Shown here piece after piece: positions 51,600 through 64,000 of a stretch of DNA of 64,000 nt (positions are counted from its first letter, which is position 1; every line of letters begins with the position of its first letter). The stretch comes from Octopus sinensis (lineage: Eukaryota). The DNA lies in assembly GCF_006345805.1 (NCBI RefSeq), contig NC_043000.1, forward strand, positions 68,882,001 to 68,946,000, in the 5' to 3' direction. The notes below the pieces were generated by a model. The model did not search any database and was not told the DNA's origin. It saw nothing but the letters and a program-made list of their open reading frames with translations. Both the position numbers and the translations under genes were made by a program.

Positions 51600-52345
51600 T
51601 AACATAAATCAGGTTTTCTGATGCACAAGTAAAATCAGATTTGATTTTGAATTTTTGTCTTTCTTTAAAAAAAATTCTGATCCTTTAATGAGGACTTGAC
51701 ACAGTCCTTAAATCGCAGCCTTGGTTTCTGTCGGGGTCCCTTTCCATTTACACGTTCCCCATATAGCATCTGCTTAGGGATCCTGCTATCCTTCATTTTA
51801 ATAAGGTGTCCAGTCCAAGGTAACCGGTAATTGTGCACCATCGCCTTAATACTCAAGATATCAGCTGTCCTCAGGACCCGTGTGTCTGGAGTTTTTGAGA
51901 TCCAGCCAACATTCAGAATGTGTCTGAGACATCTCTAATGAAAACGTTCAAGGACCTTTACATGACGTTTGTAAACGGTCCATGTCTCACATGAGTAAAG
52001 GAGCGATGCCAGTACACATGCACGGTACACAGCAATTTTTGTTTGCTTTGTGATGCCATGCTGAGACTGAAGAGACCGGAAGGAATAAGTTGCTCTCTGT
52101 AGCCTGAAAGATATTTCATCATCCAGGGAGCAAGAACGGCTGAGAGTGCTGCCCAGGTTGAGAAACTTGTCTACCACTTTCAGAATTGTTCTTTCAACCA
52201 AGATAGCTGGTTCCACATATGGATTTCCTGGTGCAGGCTGGAACATAGATGTCAAAGTAGACAATGGAGCACAATGCAGTCCTCGGACCCGCTGGATCCT
52301 GTCATACCGTTCGACCCATACCAGTATGGAAGAAAGACTCTAAAA
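51600..52345 (-). mobile_element. RTE-clade LINE 3' fragment
   Basis: QPAPGNPY, KFLNLGSTLS, TKIAVYRACVLASLLYSCETW, RFH*RCLRHIL, WTGHLIKMKDSRIPKQMLYGE. Confidence 0.88.
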
Positions 52346-52349
52346 GATG

Positions 52350-52520
52350 ATGATGATGCGCATGTGTGGCTGTGTGGTAAGAAGCTGTTCCTCAACCATC
52401 TGGAACTGGGTTCAGTTTCACTGCGTGACACCTTGCGCTAGTGTCTTCATCTATAGCCTCGGGCCGACCAAAGCTTTATGAGTGGACTTGGTAGATGAAA
52501 ACTGGAAGAAGCCTATCGTG

Positions 52521-52554
<34 letters not shown>

Positions 52555-52870
52555 TGCACGCACACACACACACGCACGCACACACTCATGCACACACACA
52601 CGCACGCACACACACACGCACAAGCAGACACACGCACACGCACAAGCACGCACGCACACACATACGCACGCGCACACACACACACACACACACCGCTTGA
52701 CAAGTGGCACTGGTGTGTTTATGTCCTGTAACTCACCGGTTCGGCAAAAGAGTTGACTGAATAAGTACTAGGCTTTTAAAAATAGGTCCTGGGGTTGATT
52801 TGTTCATCTGAAACCCTTGAAGGAGGTGCTCCAGTAAGGCCACAGTCAAATAACTGAAAGAAGTATAAGT
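52350..52870 (+). mobile_element. tRNA-derived SINE with internal (CA)n and LINE-like 3' tail
   Basis: Head GGCTGTGTGGTAAGAAG...GGGTTCAGT; core TATAGCCTCGGGCCGACCAAAGC; tail GGAGGTGCTCCAG..GGCCACAG..CTGAAA. Confidence 0.8.
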
Positions 52871-52888
52871 TAGAAGATGATGATGATG

Positions 52889-52933
<45 letters not shown>

Positions 52934-53385
52934 CGCGCGTACATACAGACACGCACTCGTGCAGATCGATCAATCTATCGATCGATCGATGAATAGATAG
53001 ATATAGCTATATAAATATCTTTAGGAACATAATGCCATTTTTGATAGTGTACAATTAATTCTAATTAATTTTGGAATCTGAAATATTTGCTGCTGAGGTA
53101 AGTTAGTCCCTTAATTAATTAATACTCATTTTATCGCATCAAGGAGGCAATATTTGATTTCAGAACAGAAGAGAGTAAATACTGAATAGTGCTTTTTTGG
53201 CTGATTTTATCTGTTTCTTCGTTCGAACAACTGTCTTGTATTGATTAAGTGAATCGACACAGATTATGCGGATAGCTACGGTTTTGTACGGAGATTACCG
53301 AACGAGGAGCTACTTCCGTAATCTGTGGTAAGTGACAACTGTAGCAGAAATAAACAGACGTTTCCTGAAAAGCAAAGGAAAAAAA

Positions 53386-54000
53386 ATGATCGGTCGAATG
53401 ATGCGAAGTGCCAGTAAGCGCAGCGATAATGTGCTGTTATGTTTGCTAGTTATTGTTTTCTTCTGCGTATATCGCGTCCGAGCAGAAGACATCCAGTATT
53501 GTTCATTCTTCAGTAACCGTGCACCGTCGCCGCAACCAACTCTGAAGAACTGCACATGGTTTAAGAGTAACAGTTGCTGTATGCAAGAAGAAATTGCTGC
53601 CACCTTCGGTAATGTCAAACCATTACCTGGTGCCAACGAAAAATGTCAGAACTACCTTAACTACCTAATGTGTTACATCTGTGCCCCAAACCAAAATGTA
53701 TTCTACCTTCGTGAGAGATTGACCGTTTGTAAAGAATTCTGCAATAATTTCTATGAAGCTTGTCGTTACGCCATTTTGAAGGGATCAGTCATTGGAAATT
53801 TATACCCTAATGGCAGTGAATTCTGTCTCAGTCGGAGCTTTAAAGTGGACGATGCCAGCAATGGTAAATGTTTCAACCATGACTTTCAGGAGGAAACTAC
53901 TGATGGTGTAATGTATACTGTCTATCCTCTGCTCGAACTACTAATTGGAGCACTGTTGTTACAATGCCTTCTAGTCTGGGAAAGCTGGTCTGTAGGTTAG
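53386..54000 (+). CDS. folate-receptor-family (Folate_rec fold) secreted, probably GPI-anchored protein, single coding exon, about 204 aa
   Basis: Uninterrupted ORF in TE-rich surroundings (first ATG 53386; alternatives 53398/53401). Hydrophobic signal ending VRA-ED; CTWFKSNSCC, CQNYLNYLMCYICAPN, RERLTVCKEFCNNFYEACR and SFKV...GKCF align by eye to folate receptor motifs. Sequons NCT and NGS; hydrophobic C-terminus. Confidence 0.85.
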   Translation: MIGRMMRSASKRSDNVLLCLLVIVFFCVYRVRAEDIQYCSFFSNRAPSPQPTLKNCTWFKSNSCCMQEEIAATFGNVKPLPGANEKCQNYLNYLMCYICAPNQNVFYLRERLTVCKEFCNNFYEACRYAILKGSVIGNLYPNGSEFCLSRSFKVDDASNGKCFNHDFQEETTDGVMYTVYPLLELLIGALLLQCLLVWESWSVG

Positions 54001-56145
54001 TAGTGATCTATCAAACGAAATTGTTGACTAAAAACATGTTAAGAAACTATAAATATTGTTATCTATTATCACCCGATTTGGTCCATTTCTACAGTAGAAA
54101 AGCAGAAAAAGATCGACTGCTACAGGTTTGTTAACTGATGATGAAGCTATTTTGGTTTCTTGTGTTAATTCAAATCAATAATACTTCACCCTCCAAAAAC
54201 TGACTTAGTGCCTAAGACAGAAAGAAATATAGTATGGCTATCACCTATACAAAAGATTATTTATTTCAATTGATATCTAAATTATTTAGAGATAATTACA
54301 AACTCTATATTTCTATATATGTTTGAAATATATGCAAATATAGAGAATGATAAAAAAAAATTGAATCTCAGTCCAACAAATTTTCTTTAAACAAATGTAC
54401 TTTGAAAATGTTGAATTTTGTGAGAAAAACTGCACCATCCAAAAACATCATCAGTTAACAAGCCTTATGAAAATGACAGCATATTTATTCTATTAACCAG
54501 AAATTTTTACCTAAATTATTTTATCGAACTGACAAAAAAATGATAGTAGTAGATGTAAACTTGATCACTTTTGGTGTGGGAAGGGTTGTTACAAAAAAAA
54601 TCAACATTTTCATTTTATTTTCATGTAGCAATAATTCTCTTTACAACATTCCTATTTTCCTTCTTTTTTCTGATTAGGTCATGTCATATATATATTTGTG
54701 TGCGTTTCCTTTTAAAACTTCTACTTACGCACTTGTTTATTAACTTTTTGTTTTCACAACCACTATTATTGTTATTAAAGTTGGTGTCCCAGCAACTGAA
54801 ACCAGTAAAAGAATATTATCATCCTTATCATCATCATCATCATGTCATGTCCTTCTTCCCTTTCCATGCTGGCATTAGAGTTGGCATGGGAAAAGGATGT
54901 GAAATTACCTGTATAACACTTGTTGACACATTTCGGATCTAACAAATTATTTTTATCACTTTTCATTTATTTAAATCATCTTCAGATACTTTGACAATTA
55001 CAATTTCTGAAGCTCACATGTTTTTATCGATAAATTTTTGTTCAAGCTTTGACATAAATATTCATCACCTGTATCATCATCATCATCATCATCATCATCA
55101 TATATTATTACAGATAATAATTATGATCAGTTAATTACACTTAAAGATGTTTTGCAAAGTAAATAGAGTTAAGTACCCTGTACACAAACTGAACACAATT
55201 CCTCATGTAAGATAAGATCTTACAAATTGTAGAATGAAACTGAAAATTAGAACCTTAATGACTAAATCATTAAGTCACATTATCATACTATAATTATAAT
55301 AAAATCTGTTAATTCATAAAGTAGTTTACTATATTATATATCAACCTCATAAACAAATCAAAGTGAAACAAGATCAGTATTAATTTTGATAACTGCCAAG
55401 ATGGTCAACATAATTCTTCTTCATTGCACTGAAGGTGGAAAATAACTGTCTTCCTTGCTACAGAGATTTCAATTCCACCATTAGCTAAAAGAAACTTTTA
55501 TTATCCTACACTTTTTTATGACTAAACTGCTACTAAGTCATTTTTTTAAAACCTCTTTCACATTCTCAATTTCAGTATAACCAGACATAATTATAGAAGA
55601 AATACTTCTGTCCATTTTATAACAAGTGAAATTTTTAAGATACCTTCAAACATATATATATATATTTATACATACATATTTATTTATACATATATATGAT
55701 GATGATGATGTATATATGTATGTACAAATATATATATATGTATATATAAATATAAATATATATATGTATATGTATGTATATATGTATATATAAATATATA
55801 CATGTAAATATGATATGCATATATATATATATATATATGTATATATGATATGCATATATATATATATATTATATATATATATATATATATACACATATAT
55901 ACATCATCATCATCATGTATATATATATATACATGTATATATCGTGACGCATATTTGCCATTTGAATATGGCTAACCCATAAGGGTGGATGCTACTGTAG
56001 TTTGTAGCCCCAGGAAGATATCTCCTCCAGCTGGCTATAGACACACTATCTGTGTCCTCTCTTATAACTCGCTCTGAGATTTATCATTACATGTATATAT
56101 ATTTATGTTTACATGTATATATTTATATATACATATCTATATTTA

Positions 56146-56328
56146 GTTGTCTGGGGAGAGTCATTTATTTTTTGTGCTTTATGATTTAACACCCTCACCA
56201 GTAAAATTTCCACTTATTTCTTATTTTATAAAAACAAAAATAAAAAAATAAGAAATAAGTGGAAATTTTACCAGTTAGTGTGTTAAATTTTAAGGCACAC
56301 AAAGAAAATTACTCACTCCAGACACAAC
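56146..56328. repeat. imperfect palindrome (MITE-like)
   Basis: GTAAAATTTCCACTTATTTCTTATTTT versus AAAATAAGAAATAAGTGGAAATTTTAC, with looser complementarity out to GTTGT(G)TCTGG / CCAGACACAAC. Confidence 0.75.
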
Positions 56329-56409
56329 AGAATATGCTTCAACACACGAACTCACATAAAGAATCTTGCAAACCAAACCCCAAAACGAAATATATATATA
56401 TACACACAT

Positions 56410-56446
<37 letters not shown>

Positions 56447-56546
56447 CACCACACACACATATATACATACATATATATGCGTATATATATGTATATATAT
56501 ATATACATATATATATATATTTATATATATATATATATTATGTATG

Positions 56547-56596
<50 letters not shown>

Positions 56597-57071
56597 TATG
56601 TATGTATATATGTATATATATGTATATATGTATATATATATATATATGTATATATTATATATGTATGTATATATATATGTATGTATATATATATGTATAT
56701 ATATTGTATGTACATATATATTATATATGTACATATCATCATCATATATATATATATGTGTACATATATATATATATATATGTATGTAATATATATATAT
56801 ATATGTGTTGTATATATATATATATATATGTGTATGTACATATATATATATATATGTATATTATATATATATATATGTGTATGTACATATATATATATAT
56901 ATATGTGTATGTACATATATATATATATATTGTGTATGTACATATATATATATATGTGTATGTACATATATATATATATATATGTGTATGTACATATTAT
57001 ATATATATATATGTGTATGTACATATTATATATATATATTATATATGTATGTACATATATATATATATGTA

Positions 57072-57120
<49 letters not shown>

Positions 57121-57716
57121 CATATATATATATATATCTATGTATATATTATATATATATATATATATAATATGTGTATGTACATATATTATATATATAT
57201 ATATATGTATGCATAATATATATAATATATATGTATATATATTATATAATATATATATGTATGTACACATATATATATATATGTATGTACATATATATAT
57301 ATATATATGTATGTACATATATATATATATGTATGTACATATATAATATATGTATGTACATATATATATATATATGTATGTATATATATATATTATATAT
57401 GTACATATATATAATATATATATATATATATATGTATGCATATATATATATGTATGTATATATGTATGCATATATATATATGTATGTATATATGTATGCA
57501 TATATATATATATGTATGTATATATATATGTATATATATATATGTATGTATATGTATATATATGTATTTATATATATATATATGTATGTATATATATATG
57601 TATGTATGTATATAATATGTATGTATATATATATATATGTATGTATATATATATATACGTATGTATATATATATATGTATCTATGTATATATATATATGT
57701 ATGTATCTATGTATGT

Positions 57717-57750
<34 letters not shown>

Positions 57751-58067
57751 CTATGTATGTATATATATATATGTATGTATATATATATATATATGTATGT
57801 TTATATGTATATATGTATGTATATATATATATTATATGTATATGTATGTATATATATGTATATATATGTATGTTTATATGTATATATGTATGTTATGTAT
57901 ATATGTATGTATATATATATATGTATATATATGTATGTTATATGTATATATGTATATATTATGTATATATATATATGTATGTATATACATATATGTATAT
58001 ATTAATATATATATATGTATGTATATACATATATGTATATATATATATATATATGTATGTATATACA

Positions 58068-58106
<39 letters not shown>

Positions 58107-58987
58107 ATACATATATGTATATATATATATGTATGTATATAATATATGTATATATATATATATTGTATGTATATATATTATGTATATATATATATGTATG
58201 TTATACATATATGTATATATATATATGTATGTATATACATATATGTATATATATATGTATGTATATACATATATGTATATATATATATATATATATAATA
58301 TGTATGTATATACATATATGTATATAATATATATGTGTGTATGTATATACATATATGTATATATATATGTGTGTATGTATATACATATATGTATATATAT
58401 ATATATGGTGTATGTATATATATATGTATGTATATATATATATGTATATATATACGTATGTATATATATATATGTATGTATATATATATGTATATATGTA
58501 TATGTGTATGTATATATATATGTATGTGTATATATATATATGTATGTGTATGTATATATATATATATGTATATATATATATGTGTATATATATATGTATA
58601 TATATATATATGTATGTATATATATATATATGTATGTATATTATATATATGTATGTATATATATATATGTATGTATATATATATATGTATGTATAATATA
58701 TATATGTATATATATATAGTATGTATATATATATATGTATATATATATATGTATATATATATGTATGTATGTATATATAATATGTATATATATATGTATG
58801 TATGTATATATATATATGTATATATATATGTTATATATATGTATGTATGTATATATATATATGTATATATGTATGTATGTATATATATATATGTATATAT
58901 ATATGTATGTATGTATATATGTATGTATGTATATATATATATGTATATATATATGTATGTATGTATATATGTATGTATGTATATATG

Positions 58988-59019
<32 letters not shown>

Positions 59020-59360
59020 TGTATGTATGTATATATGTATGTATGTATATATATGTATGTATGTATATATGTATGTATGTATATATATGTATGTATGTAT
59101 ATATATATATGTATATATATATGTATGTATGTATATATATATGTATGTATGTATATATATATGTATGTATGTGTATATAATATGTATGTATATATATATA
59201 TATATGTATATATATATGTATGTATAATATATATGTATATATATAGTATGTATATATATGCGTATGTATATATATGTGTTTGTATATATATATGTATGTA
59301 TATATATGTGTTGTATATATATATGTATGTATAATATGTGTTTGTATATATATGTGTTTG

Positions 59361-59400
<40 letters not shown>

Positions 59401-59496
59401 TATGTATGTATATATATATATGTATATATATATATGTATATATATATGTATGTATATATATATGTATATATATGTATGTATATATATATATATGTA

Positions 59497-59994
59497 TGTA
59501 TAAGAGATTAAAACTATATTCCCTGGAGCGTAGGCGGGAAAGATATGCCATAATATACATCTGGAAGATCCTGGAGGGAAGTGTCCTGAACTTTGGCATC
59601 GAGAGTTACGCAAATGCCAGAACTGGGCGCCACTGCGTGGTGCCTAGACTCCAAACCTGCCATCAAGATGTAGGACAAGATTCTGTGATAGCCTGGGCTT
59701 CCGAGGCCCACAGCTCTTCAATATCCTCCGAAGAACCTGAGAGACCTGCATGGGGTGGATACAGATGTCTTTAAAATGAAGCTGGATCTCTTCCTGTCAG
59801 GTGTCCCAGATGAACCAACTTCAAGGCAGGAGGGGCAGATGAGGGCAGCTGCATCGAACTCTCTCATGCACCAAATAGCAGTTGCTAGAAAGCCTCCATG
59901 AAGTGTAACCAAGTAGCAACACCAAATGGCGGTGCCCCAGCATGGCCACAGCTCATAAGCTGAAACTAGAATCAATCAATCAATCAATCAATCA
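59497..59994 (+). mobile_element. 5'-truncated APE-type LINE 3' end (CR1/L2 group, clade uncertain) with (ATCA)n tail
   Basis: [25 protein letters not shown], later FKMKLDLFLSGVPDEP; the 3' UTR ends GGCGGTGCCCCAGCATGGCCACAG...CTGAAACTAGA(ATCA)6. Confidence 0.8.
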
Positions 59995-61011
59995 TGTATA
60001 TATGTATATGTATTTATATATATGTATGTATTTATATATATGTATGTATTTATATATATATGTATGTATATACATGTATGTATATACATATATATATGTA
60101 TATATATATACATATATATGTATATATACATATGTATATATATACATATGTATATATATATGTATATACATACATATATATGTATATATACGTATTTATA
60201 TGTATATATATACATATATATGTATATATATATACGTATTTATATGTATATATATACATATATATGTATATATATACATATATATGTATATATATACATA
60301 TTTATATGTTATATACATATACATATGTATATATATACATATTTATATGTATATATACATATACATATGTATATATATACATATATATGAATATATATAC
60401 ATATATATGTATATATATACATATATATGAATATATATACATATATATGAATATATATACATATATATGTATATATATATACATATATATGTATATATAT
60501 ACATATATATGTATATATACGTATTTATATGTATATATATACATATATATATGTATATATATACGTATTTATATGTATATATATATATATTATGTATATA
60601 TATACTATTTATATGTATATATATATACATGTATATATATGTGTATATATACATATTTATATGTATATATATATACATGTATATATATGTATATAATATA
60701 CATATTTATATGTATATATATATACATGTATATATATGTGTATATATACATATTTATATGTATATATATATACATGTATATATATGTATATATATACATA
60801 TATATGTATTTATATACATATATATATGTATATATATACATATATGTATTTATATACTTATATAAATGTATATGTATATATATACATATATATGTATTTA
60901 TATACATATATAAATGTATATGTATATATATATATATGTATATATATACATATATATATATACATACACAAATATATATATATGTACATATATATATACA
61001 TACACACACAC

Positions 61012-61061
<50 letters not shown>

Positions 61062-61078
61062 CACATATATATATATAT

Positions 61079-61115
<37 letters not shown>

Positions 61116-61417
61116 ACCAAGTAAGTTAGGGGTTGTGGATCCAACCCACTAAGGGATAATACTTATCCAATATACTGTTGTTATAGTACCCAAATTATTA
61201 ATACACAAGTGTTTTTAATTGCAATGCAATAAACTTATTATTGTATTTAATGGGTGAAGTAAAGAAATATTTTACTATTAATTTATATTACAAATAAGAA
61301 AATGGAGAAACACATTAGTTGGTTTATCAGCTTTAGGATATTAGAATGTTAACTTATTTATTTATGAAAATGACAACCATAATAACATACATATATACAG
61401 TATAAAATTCAATACAT

Positions 61418-61462
<45 letters not shown>

Positions 61463-61989
61463 ATATATATACATACATATATATATATATATATTTATAC
61501 ATACATATATACATATATATATATATTTATACATACATATATACATATTTATATACATTTATACATACACACACACACACACACACATATACTTATACGC
61601 ATATATACATACATATATGTACATACCTACATAAAGCGTTGAACACAATGAGAAACGAAAACATAAAAACAAAAACATTGAAAACGAACTTTTTTTTGAA
61701 GAACGAAAAAAAAAAACAGAGAAGCAAGACATGCAACATAAAGAATATTACCCTTTATCAGTTGTCCCTGTTTCATCTAATCTGCTTTTCGAAGGTATAT
61801 TTATATATATATATGCATAAACATTATTACTTTAAGACTGAAAACCTTATATTTATCACACTCCTTATATATTTTCTATGTACAATGGTTAACACACACA
61901 AAGTTAAACTATATTATAGTTTATTTGCATATGTAAGTTTGTATAATACTAAGCATTCTGTTTTCTCAGAACTATCGTGAATTGTCTTT

Positions 61990-63400
<1,411 letters not shown>

Positions 63401-64000
63401 ATAATCTTCATGCAAATACCAAAAGTATTTGTAAAATATAAACTTTTAATTAATTTAAAATAAAATTCAAGTAGGAAGCAGGTAATTTCAACTGAAACTC
63501 AAGTCCACTTTACAGTTATTATACATTCCTCTAGATTTACTGGTTCCTGGATAAAAAGAAAACTTTTTATACATTGTTGTTTTTTTTAAAAATGTTTAAA
63601 AATTTGTTGTTTAATGACAAAAAAGAATATTTTAGAATTTATTTCAGAATTGACATTTAACAATTTCACTTAAATTTGTGACACACATGAAATGCAATTA
63701 AATAGTGTACTGTTACTAATTTTACACTAAATCATAAATAAAATTTTAGTGTCTCTTTTTTAAAATGGTCTTGTTTACTTAAGAAATGTCCCAATACATT
63801 AATAGATATTGTTTGATTTTTGTGTCAGTTCATTACAGATTTGACTTACAGAGCTACTTACTAAAACACAATGAAGACATGCACTAGGTTATGAAGTGTG
63901 AAGGAAATATACTGCAATAAAGCACTTCTTCATGTGCCTGGTCCTGAAAGAAGTCCATCATTTTCAGATCAACCCTAGCTATTATTTCCTGGCGCTCCAC

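Larger units (their letters stand above)
55640..61630. repeat. about 6-kb compound TA/TATG/TATAC low-complexity array with small inserted islands
   Basis: Directly visible; islands at about 55925-56390, 59497-59994 and 61110-61400. Confidence 0.95.

Noticed and set aside
53332-53385. GTG start and N-terminal extension given by the ORF track; possible 5' UTR intron (GTAAGT near 53099)
   Set aside because: A GTG start is unlikely in a eukaryote and the extension would displace the signal peptide. The upstream exon structure needs transcript data.
55646-61152. Dozens of long Y/I/M/C/V/H/T-rich ORFs (up to 473 aa)
   Set aside because: They are translations of TA/TATG/CA microsatellites that lack stop codons. 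The same applies to ORFs at 1025-1566, 9316-9669, 10177-10878, 20297-21399, 28790-29729 and 52476-52731.

Overview
AT-rich eukaryotic DNA, very probably an octopus/coleoid cephalopod. This is inferred from the dense TA/TATG/TAGA/CA microsatellites and the tRNA-derived SINE families. Most of the window is decayed transposable elements and simple repeats, and nearly all long ORFs in the track are microsatellite artefacts. I can support one intact host gene: a single-exon, signal-peptide, probably GPI-anchored folate-receptor-fold protein (53386-54000, +) that lacks the folate-pocket loop. Two LTR retrotransposons are delimited exactly by 5-bp TSDs: 23094-27341 (unusual DIRS/BEL-like RNase H with a DDE integrase) and 41401-44850 (a Mag-type deletion derivative). 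Other elements: a tandemly duplicated 2.7-kb block with a Neptune-type Penelope element, a second Penelope relic, CRE, R4-like, CR1, Tx1, RTE and CR1/L2-group LINE fragments, mariner/Tc1, hAT and MULE relics, and a hAT MITE. Most interesting are seven minimal hammerhead-ribozyme motifs with non-canonical cores in Penelope-type terminal repeats, one sitting directly at the 3' end of a Tx1 LINE. Also notable are a 404-bp near-perfect palindrome and a LINE/SINE pair sharing a 3' tail. All family assignments come from reading motifs by eye; no database search was run.
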